Origin: Acutalibacteraceae bacterium
GTDB taxonomy: Bacteria; Bacillota; Clostridia; Oscillospirales; Acutalibacteraceae
Assembly: GCA_051881635.1 (NCBI GenBank)
Contig: JBJEQG010000057.1
Location: 1,695-65,694 of the forward strand
Direction: 5' to 3'
Length of the DNA stretch: 64,000 nucleotides
Each line of letters begins with the position of its first letter. The stretch's first letter is position 1. A program made the position numbers and the translations under genes. The notes beneath the pieces were generated by a model. That model was not told where the DNA came from, searched no databases, and worked only from the letters and a program-made list of their open reading frames with translations. Positions 10,172-20,140 of this stretch are shown here, piece by piece.

Positions 10172-10981
10172 ATGGTAAGGGAAATAACACTCGGACAGTA
10201 TGTTCATGGCAAAAGTCTTTTGCATAAAACAGACCCACGAATGAAAATTGTGCTTTTAACGCTGTTTATCATTTTTGTTTTTGTTTCCAATAATTTTATT
10301 TCCTTGGGAATAATGGCTGTTTTTTGTATTGTTGCCATGCTGATGTCGGGTATCAAAATAAAGATGTATGTTAAGAGTTTAAAAGCCATTATGTTTTTGG
10401 CACTTTTTACGGGTGTCATAAATCTGTTTACAGGTTCAGGCGAACCTTTGTGGCAGTGGTGGTTTTTACAGATTACACCGTTAGGCATACGAAATGCCAT
10501 ATTTTATTTTTTCAGAATTATCATTTTGGTGGTGGTCAGTGCCGTTTTGACTTATACAACGACACCGACAGATTTAACCGATGCGATTGAACGGCTTTTA
10601 AAGCCGTTGACTTTTTTTCATGTCAAGGTACAGATGTTGGCAATGATGATGACGATTGCTTTGCGTTTCATTCCCACATTGCTCAACGAAACGGATAAAA
10701 TTATGAATGCCCAGAAAGCCAGAGGGGCAGATATGGAAAGCGGAAACTTCATCAAAAAAATTAAGGCGTTTGTGCCGATTTTAATTCCATTGTTTATTTC
10801 ATCGTTTCGCCGTGCGGGCGATTTGGCAACGGCAATGGAATGTCGCTGTTACAGCGTTGATATTCATCGAACACGCATGAAAGTTTTGCATATTCATTTG
10901 AGGGATATTATAGAGTTGATTGTTTCCGTTTTGGTTTGTGCGTGTGTTGTGCTGAGCAATCTGTTTTTGAATATTATTTGA
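10172..10981 (+). CDS. ecfT: Energy-coupling factor transporter transmembrane protein EcfT
   Basis: Polytopic membrane protein with the KARGAD motif (QKARGADMESG), directly after the ecfA pair. ATG at 10172; GTG at 10163 is also possible. Confidence 0.9.
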   Translation: MVREITLGQYVHGKSLLHKTDPRMKIVLLTLFIIFVFVSNNFISLGIMAVFCIVAMLMSGIKIKMYVKSLKAIMFLALFTGVINLFTGSGEPLWQWWFLQITPLGIRNAIFYFFRIIILVVVSAVLTYTTTPTDLTDAIERLLKPLTFFHVKVQMLAMMMTIALRFIPTLLNETDKIMNAQKARGADMESGNFIKKIKAFVPILIPLFISSFRRAGDLATAMECRCYSVDIHRTRMKVLHIHLRDIIELIVSVLVCACVVLSNLFLNII

Positions 10982-10999
10982 GATTGAGGAATAGAAAAA

Positions 11000-11770
11000 A
11001 TGCGGAATATACTTTTGGTTTTGATGTATGACGGCAGTGTTTTTCATGGCTGGCAGGTTCAGGAGAATGCCATAACGGTACAGGAAGTTTTTCAAAATGC
11101 GGTGTCCCGAATTTTAGGTTCATGTCCGGATATTAAAGGTTCAAGCCGTACTGATGCTGGTGTTCATGCCAATATGTATTGTATCAGCATGAAGATTGAA
11201 CATAATATTCCTTGTGAACGCCTTGTTGCGGCACTCAATCATCATTTACCGTCCAAAGTTGCCGTTCTTTCGGCGTGTGAAGTGCCGCTTGATTTCCATG
11301 CCCGTTATTCATGTATCGGCAAAGAGTATATTTATAAGATTTGGAACAGTCCCGTAAGAAATCCTTTTTTGGACGGTTATGCACTGCATTATTGGTATAA
11401 TTTAGATATAGACAGGCTTAATCGTGCGGCAGAGCATTTTTTGGGGGCTCATGATTTTACATCATTCTGTACATTGGACAACCGCACCAAAGGAGATTTT
11501 ACACGCACAATCAAAAATCTGCATATTGACCGTAACAAAGAGCTTGTTACGCTTACGATAGAGGCAGACGGCTTTTTGTATAATATGGTTCGTATTATCG
11601 TGGGAACGCTTTTGCGTGTGGCACAGGGCAAAATCCAACCGGAGAAAATTCCGTATATTATAGACGCTTTGGACAGAAAAAAGGCAGGTCCGACCGCACC
11701 GCCATACGGTTTATATTTAAATCGTGTTTGTTATGAAGAAGATATTATGAGAAAAATTGGAAAATTGTAA
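11000..11770 (+). CDS. truA: tRNA pseudouridine(38-40) synthase TruA
   Basis: YDGSVFHGWQVQ, GSSRTDAGVHA (catalytic Asp) and GFLYNMVR motifs. Confidence 0.95.
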   Translation: MRNILLVLMYDGSVFHGWQVQENAITVQEVFQNAVSRILGSCPDIKGSSRTDAGVHANMYCISMKIEHNIPCERLVAALNHHLPSKVAVLSACEVPLDFHARYSCIGKEYIYKIWNSPVRNPFLDGYALHYWYNLDIDRLNRAAEHFLGAHDFTSFCTLDNRTKGDFTRTIKNLHIDRNKELVTLTIEADGFLYNMVRIIVGTLLRVAQGKIQPEKIPYIIDALDRKKAGPTAPPYGLYLNRVCYEEDIMRKIGKL

Positions 11771-11792
11771 TGAAAAGGACGGTGCTTTCACA

Positions 11793-13043
11793 ATGAAGAA
11801 AAAACAGGGGGCAGGGCGTTACCGCAACATAGATAAAAAGTCCAACCGTAAGGTTGTCAGCTATGAGGATATTCCGATTGATGAATATGAAGTTCCCACA
11901 GTCCCCAAACATATATTTAAAAATATATTAAAGGCAATCGGTATTATTTTTGTTTCCGTTGCCGTACTTTTGGTAATTTTGAATTGGAACTGTTTAACCT
12001 CCGAACAGTTTGCTAACTGGTTCAATTATGAATTTCTCGGCAAATCCTATGGTGACGGTTATCCTGTGCGTATTGTCGGCACAAAAGTCAAAAGTCAGAA
12101 TATGACGCTGATTAACGGCGGCACTTTGGCTTATTGCAGTGATACGGCGATTTTAACTTTAAATTCCACAGCGGGCGAGATTATGAACGAACAACATTCT
12201 TTCACAACCCCGTACCTTAAATCTTCGGGTAATTATATGATTGTCAGCAGTACAGGAGCTAAAAACTATAAAATATTGACTTCCAATTCATTGGTTCATA
12301 CAGGCACGACAGACGAAAAGATTTTTGATGCCGATGTTTCTTCCAACGGACGCTATGCGATTCTGACTGAAACGGACGGTTATTTTTCAAAGCTGACAGC
12401 CTATCTTTCAGATAACAGAGAAAAGTATAATTATTCATTTGCCGACAATTACGCTTATGCTCTTTCCCTGAATAATGACGGCACAAAGGCGGCTGTTGCG
12501 GCAATAAATTCCGAAAACGGTTCATCTTCGGCAATTATATATCTTTTGGATTTCAACAGCAGTGAGTGCGAAGCCAAATATGTTTTTAACGATGATTATA
12601 TTTACGATATTTGTTATTTAAACAATGGAAATGTTGTTGCAGTCGGTGCAAGTAACGCTTATTTTATCAATGTTGAGAACCAAAGTAAAACAACGATTGA
12701 ATATAATTCCGCAACATTAACGCAGTATAAGCTGAGTAAAGAAAACGGTTTGCTCCTGTCGCTTTCCGACACACCGGACGGCAAGGAATGTAGCCTGATG
12801 TATATTGACAAAAACGGTGCAACAAAATATCGTTTTTCTTTGGGTGCAAAAGTTGATGCGATTGACTTATACAGTACAAGTGCGGTTGCGGTCATTCAAA
12901 ACAAGGCTTATTTTTATAACGAGAATGGTTCTGTCATTTCCGAAACGGAATGTGGCAGAGATACAAAACAGATTTGTATGCTCAACACCAACACCGCCTA
13001 TGCTCTTGGCAACAGCGAAATTTCCATGCTTACTTTTAATTAA
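11793..13043 (+). CDS. Membrane-anchored protein of unknown function (DUF5711-like)
   Basis: Basic N-terminal tail, one TM helix (IGIIFVSVAVLLVILNW), then ~330 aa of repetitive beta-strand-like segments. The ATG at 11793 is preferred over the TTG at 11757. The family assignment is from memory only. Confidence 0.45.
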   Translation: MKKKQGAGRYRNIDKKSNRKVVSYEDIPIDEYEVPTVPKHIFKNILKAIGIIFVSVAVLLVILNWNCLTSEQFANWFNYEFLGKSYGDGYPVRIVGTKVKSQNMTLINGGTLAYCSDTAILTLNSTAGEIMNEQHSFTTPYLKSSGNYMIVSSTGAKNYKILTSNSLVHTGTTDEKIFDADVSSNGRYAILTETDGYFSKLTAYLSDNREKYNYSFADNYAYALSLNNDGTKAAVAAINSENGSSSAIIYLLDFNSSECEAKYVFNDDYIYDICYLNNGNVVAVGASNAYFINVENQSKTTIEYNSATLTQYKLSKENGLLLSLSDTPDGKECSLMYIDKNGATKYRFSLGAKVDAIDLYSTSAVAVIQNKAYFYNENGSVISETECGRDTKQICMLNTNTAYALGNSEISMLTFN

Positions 13044-13070
13044 GTGTTTTAGCCATAGGGAGTGATAAAT

Positions 13071-16000
13071 TTGGGTTTTGTTCATCTTCATGTACATTCA
13101 GAATACAGCCTTTTGGACGGTGCCTGTCGGTTAAAGGACTTGGTTCAGAAAGCGAAAAATTTAGGTCAGACGGCAATCGCCGTAACCGACCATGGTGCAA
13201 TGTACGGCACGATTGATTTCTATAAAATAGCGAAAAAAGAGGGGATAAAGCCGATTATTGGCTGTGAAGTTTATGTTGCTCCCCGAAAATATACGGATAA
13301 AGATGGTGTTTTTGACCGGGAGAGCCGCCATATGGTGCTTTTATGCGAAAATGAAACCGGTTATCAGAATTTAATAAAATTGGTTTCAATGGCATGGACA
13401 GAGGGCTTTTATGGAAAACCCCGTATTGATGAAAACCTTTTGGAAAAATATCATGACGGTTTAATTGCACTTTCGGCGTGTTTAGCAGGAGAAATTCCCA
13501 AAGCACTCCTTAACGGAACTTATGCCCTTGCAAAGGAAAAAACGCTGAAATACAAACAAATTTTTGGAGAAGAAAATTTCTTTTTGGAACTTCAAGACCA
13601 TAATATAGCGGAACAAAAACGCATTAACCCTGAAATTATTCGTTTGTCAAGGGAATGTTCCGTACCGCTTGTTGTTACAAACGACTGTCATTATATAAAC
13701 CGTGAAGACAGTCATGTTCACCATGTGCTTTTGTGTATTCAGACCAACCACACCATTGATGAAGAAAACGCTATGGCGTTTCCGACTGATGAATTTTATA
13801 TTAAGAGCGAGGAGGAAATGCGTCAGCTTTTCCCAGAATTGCCAGAAGCGTATGAAAACACCGTTAAGATTGCCGAGCGTTGTTGTGTGGAATTTGAGTT
13901 TGGAAAAATCAAATTGCCCCGTTTTGATATTCCCGATGACCGCACCCATTTACAGTATTTTACGGACGAATGTTTTAAAGGCCTGAAAAAGCATTACGGC
14001 GAAAATCCGTCCGCTGACCTTGTAGAGCGGTTGAACTATGAAATTTCAACCATTCAAAAAATGGGTTATGTTGATTATTACCTGATTGTCAACGATTATG
14101 TTCAATATGCGAAATCGGTTCATATTCCCGTTGGAGTTGGCAGAGGTTCGGGTGCGGGCAGCTTGGCAGCTTATTGTATTGGTATTACGGGTATAGACCC
14201 CATAAAGTACGACCTTTTGTTTGAGCGTTTTCTTAACCCCGAGCGTGTCAGTATGCCGGACTTTGATGTTGATTTCTGTAAGGAACGCCGTCAGGAAGTT
14301 ATTGATTATGTTATTCGGAAATACGGTGAGGACCATGTGGCACAGATTATTGCTTTCGGCACAATGGCGGCAAAAGGGGCAATCCGAGATGTAGGCAGAG
14401 CATTGGCAATTCCGTATGCAACTGTGGACAGTATCGCAAAACTTGTTCCGAATGACCTCGGTATGACCTTACAGAAAGCCATGAAAATATCGGGCGAATT
14501 AAAAAGCCGTTACGAAAGCGACCCACAAATCCATGAACTGATTGATACTGCAATGAAAATCGAGGGTATGCCCCGACACGCAACCCGTCATGCCGCCGGT
14601 GTTGTCATTACCGACAAAAAAGTCAGCGACTATGTTCCGCTTGCGACCAATGATGAAGCGGTTGTTACACAATATACCATGACCACTTTGGACGAGTTGG
14701 GTTTGCTGAAAATGGATTTTCTCGGATTAAGAAACCTGACGGTGATTGATGAGGCGGAAAAGCTCATTCAACAGTATGAACCGAATTTTTCGGCACAGGA
14801 TATTCCCACAGATGATAAGGCGGTTTTTGAAATGATTGCCCGTGGAGATACGGAAGGTGTCTTTCAGTTTGAGTCGGCAGGAATGAAGAATGTATTGGTA
14901 CAGCTTTGTCCCGAAAGTATAGAGGACTTGATAGCCGTTATTTCGCTTTATCGTCCCGGTCCTATGGATTCAATCCCACGCTATATTGAGAACCGTCACA
15001 ATCCGCAGAAAATTACTTATAAGCACCCCTTGCTCTGTCCCATATTGGAAGTCACCAACGGCTGTATCGTTTATCAGGAACAGGTCATGCAGATTTTCCG
15101 TACATTGGCAGGGTATTCTCTTGGTAGGGCGGATATTGTCCGCCGAGCTATGTCCAAAAAGAAATCCCATGTTATGGAACAGGAAAGAAATGTATTCATA
15201 TACGGTTTAACAAAAGAGGACGGTACTATTGAAGTTGAGGGTTGTGTGCGGCGTGGCGTTCCCGCTGAAACAGCGGCGGAAATTTTTGCGGAAATGGAAA
15301 GTTTTGCCTCCTATGCATTCAATAAATCTCATGCGGCGTGTTATGCCTTTATTTCCTATCAAACGGCATATTTAAAGTGTCACTATACTTGTGCATATAT
15401 GGCAGCTCTTTTGTCAAGCGTTTTGGACCAAACAGGCAAGTTGGTCGGTTATATTGATGATTGCACAAAGCATAATATTCGTGTTTTACCGCCCCATGTC
15501 AACCGCAGTGCAGTCGGTTTTACCGCACAAAACAACGAAATTCGTTTCGGTCTTATGGCAATAAAAAATCTCGGACGCAATTTTATCGAGAAAATTTTGG
15601 AAGAGCGTCAGGCTAACGGCAATTTTACTTCTTTCTATAATTTCTGTAAACGAACATATAGTCGGGAATTGAACCGCCGAGCTGTTGAGAACCTCATCAA
15701 AAGCGGTTCGTTAGACGGATTAGGAGCAAACCGCAAGGAAATGCTTTTGTCGATTGACCGTATTTTTGAGGCACTCAGTGCCTCAAAGCGGGAAATGATA
15801 GAGGGACAGCTTGACTTTTTCAGTATGGGTACAGCAGACTTGCCGCCCGAAGAACCAAAACTTACCCAGGCTGCGGAATACTCTCATAATGAATTGCTTG
15901 AAATGGAAAAGCAAACAACGGGAATGTATCTTTCGGGACACCCTATGGCAGAATATGAAGCGGCGATACAGGCACTTCATGCCGACCGCCTTAGTGATAT

Positions 16001-16586
16001 TGTATCGGAGGAAAGCGAAAATACCGCCTATAAGGACGGCGACACAGTAACGCTTTTGGCGATTGTATCCAAAGTTAAGTTAAAAACCACCAAAAGCAAT
16101 ACCGTTATGGCATTTGCTACGATTGAGGATAAGTATGCCGATGGAGAAATGATTGTTTTCCCAAAAACATTATCCGAGTTCGGACATTTGATTGTTGAAG
16201 GTAATGTTTTAAAAATTCAGGCTACTGTCAACTTGCGTGAGGACGAACCCCCAAAGTTGATTTGCCGACAGGTAACAATGGCACAAAAAGATGTTTCGCC
16301 GACAGATGAACGCCAAAATGAACCGCAAAACAATCCACAGCCCCAAAAGAAATTTAAAGCCGGCTTATATTTGCGAGTACCTAACCGTGAGAGTGAGGAA
16401 TACCGCCGAGCTATGCAGATTATCCGCATTTTTGACGGCAGAACTCCATGGTATTTAAACTTTACGGATACAAAAACGACCTATGCCGCACCTTATAATC
16501 TGTTTGTTGATGTCAATCCCGTTATGCTGAGGGAATTAAAGAAACGCATAGGAGAAAACAATGTTGTGTTTATTGACACAAAATAA
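13071..16586 (+). CDS. dnaE: DNA polymerase III subunit alpha DnaE
   Basis: PHP motif FVHLHVHSEYSLLDG, the PDFDVDF catalytic aspartates, and the OB-fold tail. TTG at 13071 is 8 nt after AGGGAG; the ORF opens at GTG 13062. Confidence 0.95.
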   Translation: MGFVHLHVHSEYSLLDGACRLKDLVQKAKNLGQTAIAVTDHGAMYGTIDFYKIAKKEGIKPIIGCEVYVAPRKYTDKDGVFDRESRHMVLLCENETGYQNLIKLVSMAWTEGFYGKPRIDENLLEKYHDGLIALSACLAGEIPKALLNGTYALAKEKTLKYKQIFGEENFFLELQDHNIAEQKRINPEIIRLSRECSVPLVVTNDCHYINREDSHVHHVLLCIQTNHTIDEENAMAFPTDEFYIKSEEEMRQLFPELPEAYENTVKIAERCCVEFEFGKIKLPRFDIPDDRTHLQYFTDECFKGLKKHYGENPSADLVERLNYEISTIQKMGYVDYYLIVNDYVQYAKSVHIPVGVGRGSGAGSLAAYCIGITGIDPIKYDLLFERFLNPERVSMPDFDVDFCKERRQEVIDYVIRKYGEDHVAQIIAFGTMAAKGAIRDVGRALAIPYATVDSIAKLVPNDLGMTLQKAMKISGELKSRYESDPQIHELIDTAMKIEGMPRHATRHAAGVVITDKKVSDYVPLATNDEAVVTQYTMTTLDELGLLKMDFLGLRNLTVIDEAEKLIQQYEPNFSAQDIPTDDKAVFEMIARGDTEGVFQFESAGMKNVLVQLCPESIEDLIAVISLYRPGPMDSIPRYIENRHNPQKITYKHPLLCPILEVTNGCIVYQEQVMQIFRTLAGYSLGRADIVRRAMSKKKSHVMEQERNVFIYGLTKEDGTIEVEGCVRRGVPAETAAEIFAEMESFASYAFNKSHAACYAFISYQTAYLKCHYTCAYMAALLSSVLDQTGKLVGYIDDCTKHNIRVLPPHVNRSAVGFTAQNNEIRFGLMAIKNLGRNFIEKILEERQANGNFTSFYNFCKRTYSRELNRRAVENLIKSGSLDGLGANRKEMLLSIDRIFEALSASKREMIEGQLDFFSMGTADLPPEEPKLTQAAEYSHNELLEMEKQTTGMYLSGHPMAEYEAAIQALHADRLSDIVSEESENTAYKDGDTVTLLAIVSKVKLKTTKSNTVMAFATIEDKYADGEMIVFPKTLSEFGHLIVEGNVLKIQATVNLREDEPPKLICRQVTMAQKDVSPTDERQNEPQNNPQPQKKFKAGLYLRVPNRESEEYRRAMQIIRIFDGRTPWYLNFTDTKTTYAAPYNLFVDVNPVMLRELKKRIGENNVVFIDTK

Positions 16587-16728
16587 AGGTACATTTTGCC
16601 TTTTATGAGAAAAAATTGTAAAAAATACAAGGAATAAACAAATTTGACTTGAATGTTTGGTATGAAATGTATTATAATAGAATTAACCTAATTAACATTA
16701 TGTCTAATAACACAGGGAGGTTTCATAT

Positions 16729-17697
16729 ATGGAAACAAAAGCTATTGCAGTCCTTACAAGCGGCGGTGACGCCCCGGGCATGAATGCCGCTGTCAGAGCG
16801 GTAGCCAGAGCAGCTTTGGCAAGGGGAATGAAAGTTCTCGGCGTTCGCAGAGGTTATAACGGTCTTTTAACTGGCGATGTTTTTGAGATGAATTTGCGTA
16901 CGGTTTCGGATATTATCCATAGAGGCGGTACGGTTCTTTATACGGCACGCAGCCCCGAATTTAATACACCTGAGGGTGTAAAGAAAGCGGCAGAAACCTG
17001 TCGCCGTTTGGGCGTTGTCGGTGTTGTTGTTATCGGTGGTGACGGTTCTTTCAGAGGAGCTCGTGACCTGACAGGCGAGGGTATTCCTTGTGTTGGTATT
17101 CCCGGCACAATCGATAACGATATTGCCAGCAGTGATTACACAATCGGTTTTGATACAGCCATGAATACGGCTATGGAAATGATTGACCGTATTCGTGATA
17201 CAGCTCAATCTCATGACCGTTGCAGTGTTGTAGAGGTTATGGGCAGAAGATGCGGTGATATTGCTTTGGAAACAGGTATTGCAGTCGGTGCGTCCGCAAT
17301 TCTTGTTCCGGAAGTTCCGTTTGATTTGCAGAAAGATGTTATCGACCGTATGCTGACAACACAAAAGACAGGCAAGAAGCACTTTATCATCATTGTAGCT
17401 GAGGGTGTCGGCGGCGTTAATGATTTGGCAAAAGAAATTGAAAAGAGAACAGGCATTGAAACAAGAGCCACAGTTCTCGGTCATGTTCAGAGAGGCGGTT
17501 CACCGACTTTGCGTGACCGTGTTGTTGCGAGCCAAATGGGTTACAGAGCTGTTGAAATCCTCTCAGAAGGACAAGGCAACCGTGTTGTTGTTATGAGAGA
17601 TAATAAGATTGTTGATTTCGACATCACAGAGGCTTTAAACATGAAGCGTGTGTTCAACAAAAAGTTGTATGATATTGCATTGAGCATTTCTATCTAA
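16729..17697 (+). CDS. pfkA: ATP-dependent 6-phosphofructokinase
   Basis: LTSGGDAPGMNAA, IGGDGS, PGTIDND and MGR motifs. Confidence 0.96.
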   Translation: METKAIAVLTSGGDAPGMNAAVRAVARAALARGMKVLGVRRGYNGLLTGDVFEMNLRTVSDIIHRGGTVLYTARSPEFNTPEGVKKAAETCRRLGVVGVVVIGGDGSFRGARDLTGEGIPCVGIPGTIDNDIASSDYTIGFDTAMNTAMEMIDRIRDTAQSHDRCSVVEVMGRRCGDIALETGIAVGASAILVPEVPFDLQKDVIDRMLTTQKTGKKHFIIIVAEGVGGVNDLAKEIEKRTGIETRATVLGHVQRGGSPTLRDRVVASQMGYRAVEILSEGQGNRVVVMRDNKIVDFDITEALNMKRVFNKKLYDIALSISI

Positions 17698-17722
17698 TTC
17701 AAAGATAATTGACATTAAAAAG

Positions 17723-17759
17723 ACACCCGAGGCATCTGAATAATATCGGCTTCGGGTGT
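17723..17759 (+). terminator. Possible pfkA terminator
   Basis: ACACCCGA / TCGGGTGT 8-bp stem with a 21-nt loop. The T-tract is weak. Confidence 0.4.
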
Positions 17760-17795
17760 TATAGTCTTTATTTATTATTTGTTGGAGGAAAATAT

Positions 17796-18359
17796 ATGCT
17801 TACACACATAGGAACAGAAACAATCACAACGAATAGGCTTATACTTCGCCGATTTGAATATACAGACGATATGGCTATGCTTAAATATTGGATTGCAGAT
17901 GAAAAAATACAATCATTATATTCCGAGCCGGTATATACAACGAAAATGGCAGTGAAAGAGCTTTTGGATAAATATATTTGTTCTTATGAAAAGAAAGATT
18001 ATTATCGTTGGGCAATTATTGATAAAGTTTCAAACGAATGTATAGGACAGATTGCATTTTTCCTTGTTGACAGTAAAAATCATTTTGCTGAAATAGAATA
18101 TTGTATTGGTTCAGCATTTCAATGTAAAGGTTTGGCTACTGAGGCGACCAAAGCGGTTATATCGTATGGCTTTAATCGTATTAACCTCCATAAAATACAG
18201 ATATGTACAAAAACAATCAATAAACCGTCACAACGGGTTATTGAAAAATGTGGTTTTACTTATGAGGGTACGATGCGTGATTACTTCTATATAGAAGGAC
18301 AATATGTCGGAAGATTATATTATTCTATATTAAGAAATGAGTATAAAGAAGATATATAG
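17796..18359 (+). CDS. GNAT family N-acetyltransferase (RimJ/RimL-like)
   Basis: ITTNRLILRRFEYTD start typical of the RimJ/L type, plus a Q/RxxGxG/A-like CKGLATEA motif. GGAGGAA RBS precedes the ATG at 17796. Confidence 0.8.
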   Translation: MLTHIGTETITTNRLILRRFEYTDDMAMLKYWIADEKIQSLYSEPVYTTKMAVKELLDKYICSYEKKDYYRWAIIDKVSNECIGQIAFFLVDSKNHFAEIEYCIGSAFQCKGLATEATKAVISYGFNRINLHKIQICTKTINKPSQRVIEKCGFTYEGTMRDYFYIEGQYVGRLYYSILRNEYKEDI

Positions 18360-18396
18360 ACAAATGACTGTTTAATTAAGAAGGGACAAATAAAAT

Positions 18397-18861
18397 ATGT
18401 GCTTAATATGCGATAGAATTGAAATGATTAAAAATGGTACAAACCCTTATTTTGTTAAAGAATTGGAAACGGGTTATGTTGTCATTGGTGATAATCAACA
18501 TTTTTACGGATATACGCTTTTCCTCTATAAGTATCATGAGAAAAAAACGGAACTTTTTCATCTTCAACCCGCTGAAAAGATGAGATTTCTCGAAGAAATG
18601 TCAATAGTTGCCGAAGCTGTTTCAAAGGCTTTCGGAGCTGAAAAGATGAACTATGAATTGCTTGGAATGGGCGATGCACATCTTCATTGGCACTTGTATC
18701 CGAGAAGGAACGGAGATATAGAAAACTATGGAAATAACGGAAAAGGACCTGTATGGTGGTATCCTATGGAGAAAATGTACAGTGACGATAACCGTCCCAC
18801 TGACAGTGAATTAAACGATATGAAAAGAATACTGTTAAATGAATTGGAGAAATTATTATAA
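18397..18861 (+). CDS. HIT family protein
   Basis: N-terminal CLICDR and histidine triad GDAHLHWHLYPR. Confidence 0.8.
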   Translation: MCLICDRIEMIKNGTNPYFVKELETGYVVIGDNQHFYGYTLFLYKYHEKKTELFHLQPAEKMRFLEEMSIVAEAVSKAFGAEKMNYELLGMGDAHLHWHLYPRRNGDIENYGNNGKGPVWWYPMEKMYSDDNRPTDSELNDMKRILLNELEKLL

Positions 18862-19049
18862 TACAGTAATTTTCCGTTTCTTTTATCTTGTTGTTCGCAT
18901 TTTCAAAAATACGCAAAACCTTGCAAAATAAAGGGGAGTGATATAGTCATGAGTTCCGACTATCATGTCAAAAATTTTATAAGAAATTTATACGGAACGC
19001 ATGACTTGTTTTTTGTGCGTCCGTTAGACTAAAAGGGCGTGTTGTAAAT

Positions 19050-19979
19050 ATGATTAACTACTATAAGACGGTTCAAACGAGAATTGAAGAAATAGAAGCG
19101 TATGAAACAGGGTGTTGGATTAACTGTATTGCACCTGATGAAGATGAAGTGGAAGCATTGATTCGGGATTTTGATATACAGCCCGAATTTTTCAGAGCAT
19201 CTTTGGACGAGGAGGAAACACCGCATATCGACAGCGAGGACGGCACAACCCTAATCGTTATTGACATTCCAACCGTTGAAAGAGTCGGCAAAAATATCAC
19301 CTACTCGACAATGCCAATCGGTATTATGATTACCGAAAAAAATGTTATTACTGTGTCTTTGCGTGAAAATCAAATTCTCAGCGAAATTTCAGAGGGCGTT
19401 GTAAAAAATGTTATGACAAGCTATAAAACACACTTTGTTTTCCATATCATGCTGAGAGTGGCAACCAAATATCTTCAATACCTCAAACAGATTGATAAAA
19501 TCAGCAACCGCATTGAGCGTGAACTTCGCCGCTCAATGAAAAACAGGGAATTGCATCAGCTTTTGGATATTGAAAAATCCCTTGTGTATTTTCAATCCTC
19601 ACTCAAAGACGATGAAATCACAATGGAAAAGTTAATGAGAGGACGGCATATTAAAATTTATGAAGAAGACCAGGACTTGTTGGAAGATGTTTTGATAGAG
19701 ATTAAACAGGCGGTTGATATGGCGGGAATACATCTCAATATCTTAACCCAAACAATGGATGTTTTTGCCTCTATTATTTCCAATAACCTGAACTCCGTCA
19801 TGAAGATTCAAGCCTCTTTGACACTTTTGGTTTCCGTACCGACAGTCATTTCGGGATTGTATGGCATGAATATCAATGGCGGTTTGCCGCTTGATGACTT
19901 TTGGTGGTTTCCAATGTTGCTGTCGGTTGTTCTTATGGTCATTGCGTATATCATTCTTAAAAAGAGAGATATGTTTTAA
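19050..19979 (+). CDS. corA: Magnesium/cobalt transporter CorA family
   Basis: YGMN signature (GLYGMNING) before the final TM helix, and ~310 aa length. Confidence 0.9.
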   Translation: MINYYKTVQTRIEEIEAYETGCWINCIAPDEDEVEALIRDFDIQPEFFRASLDEEETPHIDSEDGTTLIVIDIPTVERVGKNITYSTMPIGIMITEKNVITVSLRENQILSEISEGVVKNVMTSYKTHFVFHIMLRVATKYLQYLKQIDKISNRIERELRRSMKNRELHQLLDIEKSLVYFQSSLKDDEITMEKLMRGRHIKIYEEDQDLLEDVLIEIKQAVDMAGIHLNILTQTMDVFASIISNNLNSVMKIQASLTLLVSVPTVISGLYGMNINGGLPLDDFWWFPMLLSVVLMVIAYIILKKRDMF

Positions 19980-20007
19980 TTACGGTAAAATAAACTCTGT
20001 ATTTTCA

Positions 20008-20037
20008 TCGCCTTTGGATTTTCAAGGGCGATTTTTT
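20008..20037 (+). terminator. Rho-independent terminator after corA
   Basis: CGCCTTTG-loop-CAAGGGCG stem followed by TTTTTT. Confidence 0.75.
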
Positions 20038-20140
20038 GCTGAGAAATAACATTGTAAAATGTATGTAATATTCTTTCTCAGAAATACATGACAATATTTT
20101 TAAGATATAATAAAATAAAAAATTGTCAGGAGTTTTGAAG

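Noticed and set aside
16640-16680. TTGACT and TATAAT hexamers upstream of pfkA.
   Set aside because: The spacing between the two hexamers is about 23 nt, too long for a functional sigma-A promoter as paired. The TATAAT may work with another -35, but I could not define one.
16867-17484. 205-aa ORF antisense to pfkA. Similar long antisense ORFs occur at 29132-29656 (opposite ileS), 31303-31881 (opposite rluD), 35813-36547 (opposite copA), 61558-62028 (opposite gltB) and 50111-50596 (overlapping the amidohydrolase gene).
   Set aside because: Each lies entirely inside a confidently identified conserved gene on the other strand or in another frame. None has an RBS, and the translations are low-complexity or Cys/Arg-rich without motifs. 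These are typical shadow ORFs.
20041-20095. Nested inverted repeats (CTGAGAAA...TTTCTCAG and ATGTAT...ATACAT) upstream of the DUF3137-like gene.
   Set aside because: These are short A+T-rich arms in an A+T-rich spacer and are easily produced by chance. No associated regulator gene is nearby.
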